From assembly GCA_964016885.1 (NCBI GenBank), contig OZ024741.1, positions 253,208,001 to 253,272,000 on the forward strand: a stretch of DNA of 64,000 nucleotides, read 5' to 3'. Position numbers and translations under genes: made by a program. Origin of the DNA: Eledone cirrhosa (lineage: Eukaryota). Of this stretch, positions 1 through 11,931 are shown in pieces (the first letter of the stretch is position 1; every line of letters begins with the position of its first letter). The notes under the pieces were generated by a model. That model was not told the origin of the DNA. It saw only the letters and a list, made by a program, of their open reading frames with translations, and made no database searches.

Positions 1-833
1 AACTGGAACATCATCATCATCATCATAATCATCATCATCATTATCATCATCATCAATGTTTGACAGCCATCTTCAATGTTTGCATGGGTTAGACAAGTTG
101 TTATGTTATGGGTTAAGCCAGGTAAAGTGACTACACCTTGTTCATAGAGATATGTTTGGGATTTGGGTTTCTTTGGCCGGATGCCCTTCCTAATGCCAAC
201 CACATTCCAGAGTGTACTAGGAGCTTTACTCATAGTATCACCACTACCACCTTACAGAGTTCACTCGGTGCTTTTTTATCATAATATTCAAAACTGTTGG
301 AGGTCCTTCGATCAGTCAGTACATATATAGACATCAAATTAAAAAGTCATTAAAGTGTAGATAGAATGCCGTGCAGTATTTCATCCGTTTTCTGCACTCT
401 GCAGGTGAATCCTTTTGAACTGATTTTGCCTTCCATTCTCTCATAGTCGAAAAATAAAATACCAAACCAGACTGGCAAAACTTTTAGAAAATCAAACTAG
501 ATGCATCATTGTATCTCATCCCACATTTTGTGTTCTGATAGCAAGGCCTGCAATAAGACTAATTCCAAGTTGTATAGGTCCTTGTCTTTTCCTTTGATAA
601 CAACAGTGGTGTTAAGAGTGGGGAGACTTGCTTGCATGGGCTATCACTGGTCTTCTATAAACAATTAAACATTTTTTTAAACATTTCCCAAGGCTGTGCA
701 TTGTAAAAGAAATTTCCAGGTACAACTCAATAGTTTCACAAAACACATGGAGGTTTCCAATGTTAGTAGTACATGTAACATTGTCTTCTCAACCTTCTGA
801 TCAACTGACATAGCAATATATATATATATATGT

Positions 834-1176
834 AGGCACATGGCTTAGTGGTTAGAGCATTGGCCTTGCAATCGAAAGGTTGTGAGTTCAATTATCAGAC
901 CAGGTGATGTGTTGTTTCCTTGAGCAAGACACTTTATTTCATATTTCTCCAGTTTACTCAGCTGTAGAAATGAGATGATAGGGACTGGGGTCCCTATCAT
1001 TCCACTGCAAAATGGTTGTGGAGGTGCCACGGCAAAAAAGCCCCCAGCACTCACTGTAAATGAAGTTGGTGTTAGGAAGGGCATCCAGCTGTAGAAATCA
1101 AACCAAAATCAGTTCCTGTCCCATCCTTGCAAGCAGGGAAAAAGCGGACGTAAAATGAAATGATGATGATGATGAT
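834..1176 (+). mobile_element. tRNA-derived CORE-type SINE with RTE-derived 3' tail
   Basis: A box TGGCTTAGTGG, B box GAGTTCAATT, CORE-like CCTTGAGCAAGACACTT...CAGTTTACTCAGCTGTAGAAATG; 3' half matches the RTE 3'UTR at ~11330-11575; (ATG)n tail. Confidence 0.85.
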
Positions 1177-1247
1177 ATGTAATAGCTATATATATAATAG
1201 TTAGGAAGCTATATACGTATATGTAATAGCTATATATATATATATAT

Positions 1248-1350
1248 ATAATTGTTTCTACTTTTGGCACAAAGCCAGCAATTACCTAGTGCATTACTGG
1301 TACTTTATTTTATCGACCCCGTAAGGATGAAAGGCAAAGTCAACCTCGGT
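1248..1350 (-). mobile_element. Meta-domain-type SINE, 3' fragment
   Basis: Minus strand GCCTTTCATCCTTACGGGGTCGATAAAATAAAGTACCAG; many copies in the window. Confidence 0.75.
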
Positions 1351-3624
1351 GAAACAGAGTACAAGAGTAGTATGGCATCAGATTGTTTAATAACTTGTGA
1401 GTGGAAGTCACAAGCATGGTTACTTAGGCTTGAGAGGTATGGAAAAAGACCTTTAAAATCTACAGAAGTGCAGATGTCTTCCACAGATGTTGCCTTAGGA
1501 CCATACTTAGGATTTTTTGATGTCACCACATATAGCTGTGTAGTCTACAGAATACCATCACTATATGATGATAGAAGATACTTGACCATGTGCTATGCAT
1601 GTACATGAAGAGACCAGAAAGGACCTCCTGTGAATGGAAGACAGGAGGCTGGTGTAGGAAACAAGACAGACACTTGTCAAGACTAGGTTGAGGTCTGTGG
1701 AGGAAGATCTGGCAGACGTGGGCCCCAGTCTGGGAGCAGGCTCATGACAAGGCTTCTGACGACTCCAATAAGTGTATCAGATATTTATCATATCACTCAT
1801 TTTACATGTAATTACTGATAAACACAAGTGCTCCATAGGGAGTAAAAGGAACTAAAGAAAGAAAGAAAGAAACAAGCAAAGGAGGATGGGGGAGATTGTG
1901 GGGAGGTGGATGAGAGGATGGGGCGGTAGGGGGAGAGGAGGAGACAGAGGAAGGGGATGGAGGGAGGTAGGAGGGAGGACTAAGAGGATGAGAAGAAGAT
2001 GAAGAAAAAGAGGAGGAGACAAAAGCTATGCTGTCCGCCACCCATGCATATCTGTGTGTATGTCCTCTTTTGTCAATGTTTTTCGGCAAAAAGACTGAAA
2101 TCCCAGTGATTTCAGGAACAAAATCCTGAGTTACCAATAATTCATTGCCACTCTCACCATCAGAGAACCAGTGACTGACCTATTGAAAACCTGTAACTAA
2201 GCTTCTATTGTTTACCTCTGGCCATATAAAATACTCAAATGAATCAAAACAAATAAATATATGTCCAGTAGCTGATGACCAAACTGACCAGATCACTATT
2301 TCATTTAATATGTTGATCCATTGTTGTTTAGTACTAGGTCAGGTCTGATCCAGGAGGCCAATGATCAAAGACATTCCTGCCATGATCATTACATCTTTTT
2401 AGGTATATCTCCGATAATGTCATCTATTGTGTCTTTTTCTTTATTTAAGATACATGGGATTTGTGATAAATTTAGTTGCTATTTCTAGCAGGTTAAACAA
2501 CCAAGTAGAAGCTCCTTGTGATTGAATATATTTTTAGTATCTAATGAATAGATCTCTACTGTACAACCCTCCTTTAAGTGGTTGTTCTCACAATCTTAAC
2601 ATTGATATCGTCATCTTCATACTGTATATTGTATTTATGCCAAATATGTGTAGAGGAATTCATCTTTTTCCATACAGAAATGGAGATTTTTGTAATATCT
2701 AAAACTAAACCTGACAGCATCAGTAGAATGAAAGCAAGATTTAACAAGATAAGGAATAGAATGTTACTATTTAGTCCTGATTTTACGCATTTATATCATC
2801 CTTCGCTACCTCCACCTGCAACAGATTGAGCACTAACATAACTTAGCTACAGTTCATATAAATTTAGACCTCACCATTTATAGAGATTGTCTCTTCAGGC
2901 GCTCGGTAACCTACCCTTATTTCTTTTACTCTAAAACATGTTTTACTCTATACATGTTTTACTCTATACATGTTTTAGAAAGACATTTTTGTGAACATTT
3001 TCTGAGACCAAAGAGCTTCAGGATTTTGCTTTTGATGATACACATTATAGGAACTAGTTTAATAGCTTCGAATAGATCTACAATTTTTATATGGTCGAAC
3101 TTACAAACTTATAGATTTAAACCTAAATCTTGTATCTCTCCTCGTTAAGATAGTGTAATCTTATTTCCTAGATCTTGGCCAAAAGTAGCATAGATTCAAA
3201 AATCTAAAACATGTTTCTCCTTTTAAGCATAGCCTAGGATATTATTACATAGATTTTATGCATTGCATCTGAGAAAATACATAAAACACAGTTAAAATAA
3301 GATTCATGTGCATTGCTGTGGTCAGCACATGAGTCTAGTAAACAAAACAAAATAATCTATTAACTACAAATAAGGCAAAATGGAACAACCCCAATAAGTG
3401 TATCAGATGTTTATCATATCACTTGTTTTACATGTAATTAGTGACAAACACAAAAATACATTTAACTTGTACAGCCATGTCAGGCAAAACTAAAGATAAC
3501 TATCTAATAAATTTACAGTCAAAGTGAAAGCAGTCCTTGTCAAAGAATTGAAACCTACTGTCGAAACCCTAGAAGACTAACATGTCAAGAATTTTTTCAA
3601 TAACTGAACAACAACTTGAAGGTG

Positions 3625-3835
3625 ATGGATTAACAGAGTTGGTAGAGCATCAGATAAAATGCCATTGTGTATTTATTGTGGCTCTTTACATTTTGAGTTC
3701 AAATCCCACCGAGACCAACTTTATCTTTCATCCTTCTGAGGTTGATAAAATAAAAAATGTGTCAAATATTAGAGTTGATTTAATTAACTTTGCCCTTCCT
3801 ATAAATTTACTGGCCTTTTGCCTTGATTAGAAATC
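3625..3835 (+). mobile_element. Meta-domain-type tRNA SINE, diverged
   Basis: B box GAGTTCAAATCC followed by CTTTCATCCTTCTGAGGTTGATAAAATAAA. Confidence 0.7.
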
Positions 3836-4749
3836 AATAGAAATCACTGCTTTTCCGACATATTTCATCCCACCACATAACAACATAATGAGAATCACCC
3901 TTTCCCAGGTTTTAACACCTTCACGTTCAAAGCTTTAATCGATTCCAAATTGCCTGGTGTGCCATACAACATTAGTTCTTCATGGGTTGGACAAGTCTTT
4001 TCCAACATAGAATCCTTATTCTCATTGTAGTCCCTTCGTTATCTCTCACCACCACCCAGGTCTTCCTTGGTCTACCTCTACTGTGATTTCTTGGCACTTC
4101 TTCATCCAACGATTATCATCCATACACTTCACATGACCATACCTGCATAGTCTTCTCTCTTATTCTAGTTACTATGCTCTCAGAGCAATCTCCTCCATTA
4201 CTAATTAGATCACCTAAGTAGCAGAAGCTATCAATGACTTCTATGGATCCTTCTTAGGATTAGAAAATCGCTATATTTCTAGACTGCTGAAGTATACTGG
4301 TCAAATAATACAGTCATTTGTCACATCAACTCTCCTAAACAATCCCATCATTGTTGAAACAACTAACTTCAATAATTATAGGATTTTCCTCAATTTTTAA
4401 GCACATAATCATCAACAACTAGAAAAAACTTAATTAATGATTCTATCTTTTAAACAAACACCACACACTTTTACACTTATTTTTCAACAACCAATTATTT
4501 TTAATCTCTTACTAATCTTACTTGTTTCAATTTGCTTCTATTTTCTAGCTTTCAGGGGCTCCCCCATGCCCACCACCACCTCCACCACCACCACAACAAC
4601 AACAACAGCTTTTCTTTTTCCTTCAAGTGTGTGACAATCTTTCTATTCTACATCCAGTCATCATTTCAGCTACATGTTGATCTGGATGTAATAAATACTG
4701 ACCTCTGTAGAATGCCATTTCTAGATGACTATATCTAAATCATTGTCTC

Positions 4750-5145
4750 TAATAATGGTTTCTGATTTAGGCACAAGGCCAGCAATTGGGGGGGGGGGAG
4801 TCAATTAAATCGACCCCAGCGCATCACTGGTGCTTTATTTTATCAACCCCATAAGGTTGAAACTCAGAATGTAAAGGGCCATAACTATATGCTGCAAAGC
4901 ATGTTGTCTGGTGCTCTACCGATATAGCCAATCCATGTTGCCTATTGATTCTAATAATTGTTTCTACTTTAGGCACAAGGCCAGCAATTACCCAGTGCAT
5001 TACTGGTACTTTATTTTATTCACCCCGTAAGGATGAAAGGCAAAGTCAACCTTGGCGGAATTTGAACTCAGATCGTAAAGGGACGTAACTATGCTGCAAA
5101 GCATGGCATCCGACCCTCTACCGATTATGCCAATCCACTGCCCTA
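4750..5145 (-). mobile_element. Two tandem Meta-domain-type tRNA SINEs
   Basis: Copies at ~4750-4945 and ~4955-5145, each followed by CCTATTGATTCTAATAAT; minus-strand A box TGGCATAATCGG and B box GAGTTCAAATTCC. Confidence 0.8.
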
Positions 5146-5608
5146 TTGATTCTAATAATAAGAAGACATGTGGCTTAGTGGCTAAGATTTTGAACTCACG
5201 ATCTTAACATTTTGAGTTAGATTTGTGAACTTGTGAACTTGAGCAAGATGCTTTATTTCATGTTACTCCAACCCACTCAGCTGACAAAAATAAGTCATAC
5301 CTATAATTTAAAGGGCCAGCTTTTAATGAACTGTTCCATGCTGAATATCTCTGAGAATTATTGAAAGGGTGGATGTATGTGTTTGTGGAATGCTCAGTCA
5401 CTTGCATGTTAATTTCTGTTGTTCAAATAACTGGCACACTCATTGTCAGAATTGAAGGAGTTTCAACAATAACAATAATGATATTTTTAGTAATAATTGT
5501 TTCAACTTTTGGCACAAGGCCAACTATTTGAATGGAAGGGGAAGGTTGATTAAATTGACCCTAGTTCCTTATTAGTACTTTATCTTATCAACCCCGTAAA
5601 GATGAAAC

Positions 5609-5818
5609 CTTTCTCTGGTGGCTTGGTTCCTGCTGCCTTCAGTGATTTATCTAACTCGAAGCTCATTAACCATATCCTGAAATGAGTTCCAAATTGTTTT
5701 GCCCATACTCTTCCTAAACTGTTAAGGAATTTATGTCTCTTTATTAACATGATGAATTGGCATAGACTGTCCATATTTTCTTTTGTTACACCCTTCTTAC
5801 CCAGTGCAGGAACTGTCC
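5609..5818 (-). CDS. Candidate internal exon of an unidentified host gene (210 nt, phase 1-1)
   Basis: Unique non-repetitive open frame TVPALGKKGVTKENMDSLCQFIMLIKRHKFLNSLGRVWAKQFGTHFRIWLMSFELDKSLKAAGTKPPEK; acceptor TGTTGTTTCAG| and donor AAG|GTTTCA; frame closed just upstream of the acceptor. Confidence 0.4.
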
Positions 5819-6089
5819 CTGAAACAACAGTTCAAGCTGTTTGAATACACCCCAAGTCAAGGATGAATACTAACACTACAGTTTCAAATGTCAATCAGTC
5901 TCTAATCTTAAAACAAAAAAAGGAATCATCATGAAATTCAGAAAATTTGATTATCAAAGGAGCTGTCCACCCCATTTCTTCTGTTCTCTATCACCCAGTG
6001 TCATGCAGAGACCCTCAAAATATTGAGTATGAAACATCCATTTGCCATTGGTTGGTTATTTACACTAGCTCATAAAACAAATGATCAAT

Positions 6090-6390
6090 GCGTTTTTCCT
6101 TAACAGGCCTACATGTCTAAAATATGCATACGTCAAATCGCTATAGCAACCAGTCTGCCTCATACATTTCCAATCTATTGTTTATTTGTGATCTTTCCTG
6201 GCTGATGATAATGGCCTCTTTGATTCAAATAACTGTTACCTATCTTCTATTGTATGGCTACTCAGCATGGACCCTTATCTTATAGCTGGAAAGAAGATTG
6301 GATCTTTAGAGTGGTTTTAGATGTCACATGGGGAGATCGCCGGCCCAATGAGCTATTGCATGGGAACCTTTGTCCAGTATTAGACTTCAT
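6090..6390 (+). pseudogene. Degraded RTE-like LINE C-terminal fragment; inverted copy of 29825-30110
   Basis: Translates LLLYGYSAWTLIL*LERRLD..LRVVLDVTWGDRRPNELLHGNL. Confidence 0.7.
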
Positions 6391-6915
6391 CTTTGATTCT
6401 TAAATTGCCTATATTCCTTTCGGTCACCTCTATGGCGACCTCATTGTCCTCTTTGAACTGTTTCAGCCCCACATTTGAAAAGAGGGTAATAGCCCTGAAA
6501 TATCATATTAAAACACACTGGGTAAAACATTATTTTGTTCTGTTTTATTTCTCATAATTTTTTGCCCTTTGTATTTTTCTATCGCGTTGCACTGGCTTTT
6601 TGAAAATTATCAGTCTTTTATTACATATCTCACAATACTTAGTATGAACAACACTACTTTATATATAGAGATGCTGATGATATATATATATATAATATAT
6701 ATATATAAGTATGTATACGTACATACATATATGTATACGGACGTACAGTAGTATGTATATATATATACATACATGCACACATATATATATATGTACGTAT
6801 GGATTCACCGAACATTTATTATAATGCTCGGTGTGTTTGTAAACAAACATCAGGAATTAAGCCGTACAATGTCTAGCAACTATCGTTGCTCATTTGTTCA
6901 ACATTGACAAAGGAA

Positions 6916-6956
6916 CGCTGTACTAGTTTCAAGCTTATTAGCTATCGTCAGCAACG
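6916..6956 (-). ncRNA. Minimal type-I hammerhead ribozyme
   Basis: cgttg CTGACGA t-agct-aata-agct-t GAAA ctag TA cagcg: intact core, stems I and II, palindromic stem III (ACTAGT), GUA cleavage triplet. Confidence 0.8.
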
Positions 6957-7410
6957 TATACCTTCCTGCCAGATGATTGAACGTCTGAAAGTAGATACTT
7001 TCCTTATGCATATTAACGGCTGAGCACCCCAATTTGCATATCGAGTGAGTTAATCGGCCGGAGTACTGAAAACGATAAACGGAAAAAATGAAACGAAATT
7101 TCATTTTTCACACTTAGTACTGCTGTTACTTAAATATAAGTATGTATACGTACATACATATATGTATACGGACGTACAGTAGTATGTATATATATATATA
7201 TACATACATGCACACATATATATATGTACATATGGATTCACCGAACATTTATTATAATGCTCGGTGTGTTTGTAAGTAACAGCCGTACTAAGAGTGAGAA
7301 ATGAAATTTTGTTTCATTTTTTCCGTTTAATATATGTATATTATATAAATACATATATATATTATATATATATATGTATATATAATATATATGTATTATA
7401 TATATACATA

Positions 7411-7454
<44 letters not shown>

Positions 7455-7662
7455 ATATATAATACATATATATTATATATATACATATATATATATATGT
7501 ATATATAATATATATATACATATATATATATGTATATATAATATATATATATTATATATATATGTATATATAATATATATATATTATATATATACATATA
7601 TATATTATATATATATATATGTATATATAATATATATATATTATATATATACATATATATAT

Positions 7663-7694
<32 letters not shown>

Positions 7695-7818
7695 ATATAT
7701 GTATATATAATATATATATATTATATATATACATATATATATATACATATATATATTATATATATATATATATGTATATATAATATATATATATTATATA
7801 TATACATATATATACATA

Positions 7819-7912
<94 letters not shown>

Positions 7913-8199
7913 TATATATGTATATTATATAAATACATATATATATTATATGATGATTTCTAATGAATGAAACAGTTCTAGTCCTGTAGAATCTCATCTA
8001 TATTAAAACTATATATATTATATGTATATGCATATACACACACACATATATATATACATATAAACATATTATGTTTACCTTTTACACACACATATATATA
8101 TATACATATAAACATATTATGTTTACCTTTTACACACACATATATATATATACATATAAACATATTATGTTTACCTTTTACACACACATATATATATAT

Positions 8200-11100
8200 G
8201 TGAAGCGCCAACCCGGAGACCCATCCCTACGAGTGTCGACAAATGCCCAAAACTCCGAGTTGGTACCATCAATGTAGGCTCAATGAAAGGAAGAGCAGGA
8301 GAAATCGTAGAAATGCTAGAGCAAAAAGAAATTGATGTATGCTGTGTGCAAGAGACTAGATGGAGAGGAGAGTCTGCCAGAGTCCTGGTAGGAAAAAGTC
8401 GGTGCTACAAATTTTTCTGGGTGGGAAATGACGATGGGATGAGTGGTGTAGGTATACTACTAGCTGACAAGTGGGTAGATAAAGTAATCTCAGTGTACAG
8501 GGTAAATGCAAGAATCATTAAACTCAGACTAGTCCTGAATAAAACAATTACCACAATAATATCAGCTTACGCACCCCAATCGGGGCTGCCAGACGAACTT
8601 AAGGATAGGTTTTACGAGTCCCTAATGCACACTACTGCTCTAACAGACGACAATGACTTCCTAATCATCGCAGGAGATTTTAACGGACAAGTAGGTAAAC
8701 ACTGCGACGGCTTCAATAGAGTACATGGAGCCCATGGGGTTGGCACAAGAAATGAAGAAGGATTAAGACTTCTAGAATTCTGCGACGCCAATGACATGTC
8801 GATATGTAACACAAACGTTAAAAAACCCGACAACCACCTGATCACCTATAGATCAGGGGAGCACTCCAGTCAGATAGATTTTATCCTCACCAGAGGACGT
8901 GATAGATGGACGGTCGTAAACACAAAAGCCTTCCCTAGTGAGGAATGTACATCCCAACATAGCTTAGTTGTCAGCGACCTCACGGTCAGAACTAGTCGAA
9001 CCTGGAAACAGAGACCAACCTGGAGAAGAAAGATCTGGAAGCTGAAAGTCCCCTCAACCAGTAACAGATTTAAAGATATTTTACTCAACGCCTACGACAG
9101 TAAAGAAGAACAGATAGAGACATTTAATGTAGAAGAGAACTGGGAGTTCCTAAAAACTAATTTACTAGAGGCGACGGATGAGGTCTGTGGCTGGAGTAAG
9201 ACCTCAAGCAGGAGGAGAGTGACTTGGTGGTGGAACAATAAGGTAGATGAAGCAGTCAAGGCCAAGAGACAGGCATGGAAAGAATGGAAGAACGGGGGGA
9301 GCAGGGTACATTACGTAGAGACCAAGAGGGAAGCTAGGCGACAAGTATACTTAGCTAGGAGGGAAGCAGAGGATAGAAAATTCAAGCATGTTTTGCAACG
9401 TGAGGACCAGAAACAGGAGGTATTCAAGATTGCGAGGCAGTGTGTCAGAGATAGTTGTGATGTCATTGGAGAGAAGTGTATCCGGAATGATAAAGGTGAG
9501 CTTGCCCTCACAAGTGCTGAGAAGAAAGATGCATGGAAGAGTCATTATGATAGATTACTAAATGAGGAGAATGCATGGGAAGAAGAAACCCTACCCCAAG
9601 TAGACCCTATAGAGGGGCCAGCAGTACAAGTCAGCAGCAGTGTAGTAAGTAAGGCAATCAAAGATATGAAGATGGGGAAGGCAACCGGTCCATCGGGTAT
9701 AGCTGCCGAGATGCTGAAGGCATCTGGGCCTGTAGGTCACACTATAACCACACGTATCGTTAACCAGGTAATACTAGAAGGTGTCATACCAAAAGATTGG
9801 TGCAGTAGCATCATTGTCAACTGCTACAAAGGTAAAGGCGATGCACTAGATAGAGGAAACTATAGAGGTATAAAGTTGATGGACCAGGTCATGAAAGTAA
9901 CAGAAAGAGTTATAGCACAGTTGATTAGGGACCAGGTGAAAATAGACGAGATGCAATTTGGGTTTGTACCAGGAAGAGGCACCACTGATGCCCTCTTCCT
10001 TGTGAGGCAATTACAGGAAAAGTACCTAGCTAAAAGTAAGCCACTCTACTTGGCATTTGTTGACCTTGAGAAAGCCTTTGACAGAGTTCCACGTGCTGTA
10101 ATCTGGTGGGCTCTTAGAAAACTAGGAGTAGATGAATGGCTTGTGAAAGCGGTACAAGCCATGTATAGGGGAGCAGTCAGCAAAGTTAGGATTAGCAATG
10201 AGTATAGCGATGAATTTAGCGTACAGGTTGGGGTCCACCAGGGCTCAGTTCTTAGCCCCCTCCTGTTCATCATAGTCCTGCAGGCAATAACGGAGGAGTT
10301 TAAGACCGGATGCCCATGGGAACTCCTGTATGCTGATGACCTCGCACTTATAGCTGAATCTATGGTAGAACTAGAGATTAAATTCCAAACTTGGAAGCAG
10401 GGACTAGAAAGAAAGGGTCTCAAAGTCAACATGACAAAGACTAAGGTCCTTGTAAGTAGACGAGAAAACAGAACCCAGATCCCCTCAGGGAAATGGCCTT
10501 GCTCAGTATGTAGGAAAGGTGTAGGTAGGAACTCCATTCTCTGCCCCAAATGCAAACAATGGGTACACAAGAGATGTAGCGGGATCTCAGGAAGCTTAAT
10601 TAAGAATGTAGGCTTCACTTGCAGCAGCTGTGCTGAGACAGCAAGCAGCGAACAGCCACAGGAAACAAGTACCACCAATCTCTGGGAGGGCTCTGTAGAC
10701 AGCTTCTGTTACCTAGGTGACCGAATTAGCAGCGGAGGTGGGTGTTCGGAAAGTACAATAACTAGGGTAAGAATAGGATGGAAGAAGTTTAGGGAACTAC
10801 TACCACTGCTAGCTGCAAAAGGCTTCTCCCTCAGAATGAAAGGCAGACTGTATGATGCGTGTATCCGAACAGCAATGTTGCATGGTAGTGAGACCTGGAC
10901 GCTGAAGGTGGAAGACTTACGTAGATTAGAGAGAAATGAAGCCTGCATGCTCCGATGGATGTGTAACAGTAACATACGTGAACAACAAAGCATAAATGAA
11001 TTGAGAGAGAGACTGAGCATAAGAGGAATCAAATGCTGTGTGCAGGAGAGGCGGATGCGCTGGTATGGACATGTAATGTGTATGAAGGATGACAGCTGCA

Positions 11101-11577
11101 TAAAAAGGTGCAGAGCACTAGATGTTGATGGAAACCGCGGAGTGGGGAGACCCAAGATGACCTGGGATGAGGTGATAAAAGCCGACCTTACCCAATTACA
11201 CCTCTCAAAGGCAATGACACATGACCATGACTTCTGGCGTCACACAGTAATACAGAGTACCCGACCTCCCATGGGTACAAGCTGAAGCATATAGAAAATA
11301 TGCCCCCACACCCCCACAGCAAGGTGGTCGTGGAGGTGCCACGGCAAAAAAGCACCCAGCCCACACTGTAAAGTGGACGTGTAGGTGCCACGAAAAAGCA
11401 CCCAGCACTCACTGTAAATGAGGTTGGTGTTAGGAAGGGCATCCAGCTGTAGAAATCAAGCCAGATCAGTTCCTGTATGAGCAAGACAAGGTCAGCCGAC
11501 CAGACACTGCCCACAACAGGACAACCCGTCTAACCCATGCTAGCGTGGAAGAACGGACGTAAAACGGTGATGATGAT
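8200..11577 (+). mobile_element. RTE-clade LINE, 5'-truncated copy A
   Basis: Collinear with copy B from ORF codon ~10 onward; 3'UTR; (TGA)n tail. Confidence 0.95.
8283..11285 (+). CDS. RTE ORF: APE endonuclease + reverse transcriptase + PHD-type zinc finger; native start lost
   Basis: CVQETRW, GDFNG, IDFIL, SQH; FVDLEKAFD, QGSVLSP, YADD; C4HC3 cluster. Confidence 0.93.
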   Translation: MKGRAGEIVEMLEQKEIDVCCVQETRWRGESARVLVGKSRCYKFFWVGNDDGMSGVGILLADKWVDKVISVYRVNARIIKLRLVLNKTITTIISAYAPQSGLPDELKDRFYESLMHTTALTDDNDFLIIAGDFNGQVGKHCDGFNRVHGAHGVGTRNEEGLRLLEFCDANDMSICNTNVKKPDNHLITYRSGEHSSQIDFILTRGRDRWTVVNTKAFPSEECTSQHSLVVSDLTVRTSRTWKQRPTWRRKIWKLKVPSTSNRFKDILLNAYDSKEEQIETFNVEENWEFLKTNLLEATDEVCGWSKTSSRRRVTWWWNNKVDEAVKAKRQAWKEWKNGGSRVHYVETKREARRQVYLARREAEDRKFKHVLQREDQKQEVFKIARQCVRDSCDVIGEKCIRNDKGELALTSAEKKDAWKSHYDRLLNEENAWEEETLPQVDPIEGPAVQVSSSVVSKAIKDMKMGKATGPSGIAAEMLKASGPVGHTITTRIVNQVILEGVIPKDWCSSIIVNCYKGKGDALDRGNYRGIKLMDQVMKVTERVIAQLIRDQVKIDEMQFGFVPGRGTTDALFLVRQLQEKYLAKSKPLYLAFVDLEKAFDRVPRAVIWWALRKLGVDEWLVKAVQAMYRGAVSKVRISNEYSDEFSVQVGVHQGSVLSPLLFIIVLQAITEEFKTGCPWELLYADDLALIAESMVELEIKFQTWKQGLERKGLKVNMTKTKVLVSRRENRTQIPSGKWPCSVCRKGVGRNSILCPKCKQWVHKRCSGISGSLIKNVGFTCSSCAETASSEQPQETSTTNLWEGSVDSFCYLGDRISSGGGCSESTITRVRIGWKKFRELLPLLAAKGFSLRMKGRLYDACIRTAMLHGSETWTLKVEDLRRLERNEACMLRWMCNSNIREQQSINELRERLSIRGIKCCVQERRMRWYGHVMCMKDDSCIKRCRALDVDGNRGVGRPKMTWDEVIKADLTQLHLSKAMTHDHDFWRHTVIQSTRPPMGTS

Positions 11578-11931
11578 ATATATATACATATAAACATATT
11601 ATGTTTACCTTTTACAGACACATCATCATCATCATCATCATCATCATCACCGTTTTACGTCCGTTCTTCCACGCTAGCATGGATTAGACGGGTTGTCCTG
11701 TTGTGGGCAGTGTCTGGTCGGCTGACCATGCCTTGCTCATACAGGAACTGATCTGGCTTGATTTCTACAGCTGGATGCCCTTCCTAACACCAACCTCATT
11801 TACAGTGAGTGCTGGGTGCTTTTTCGTGGCGCCTACACGTCCACTTTACAGTGTGGACTGGGTGCTTTTTTGCCGTGGCACCTCCACGGCCACCTTGCGG
11901 CGGAGGGGGGGGGGCATATTGTTTATCTGCT

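Noticed and set aside
834-905. tRNA-Cys-like gene (GCA in loop)
   Set aside because: No proper cloverleaf or terminator; it is the SINE head
1802-2180. Possible minus-strand exon VSHWFSDGESGNELL...
   Set aside because: Runs into purine/pyrimidine low-complexity sequence, phase does not fit the 5609 exon, no recognisable homology
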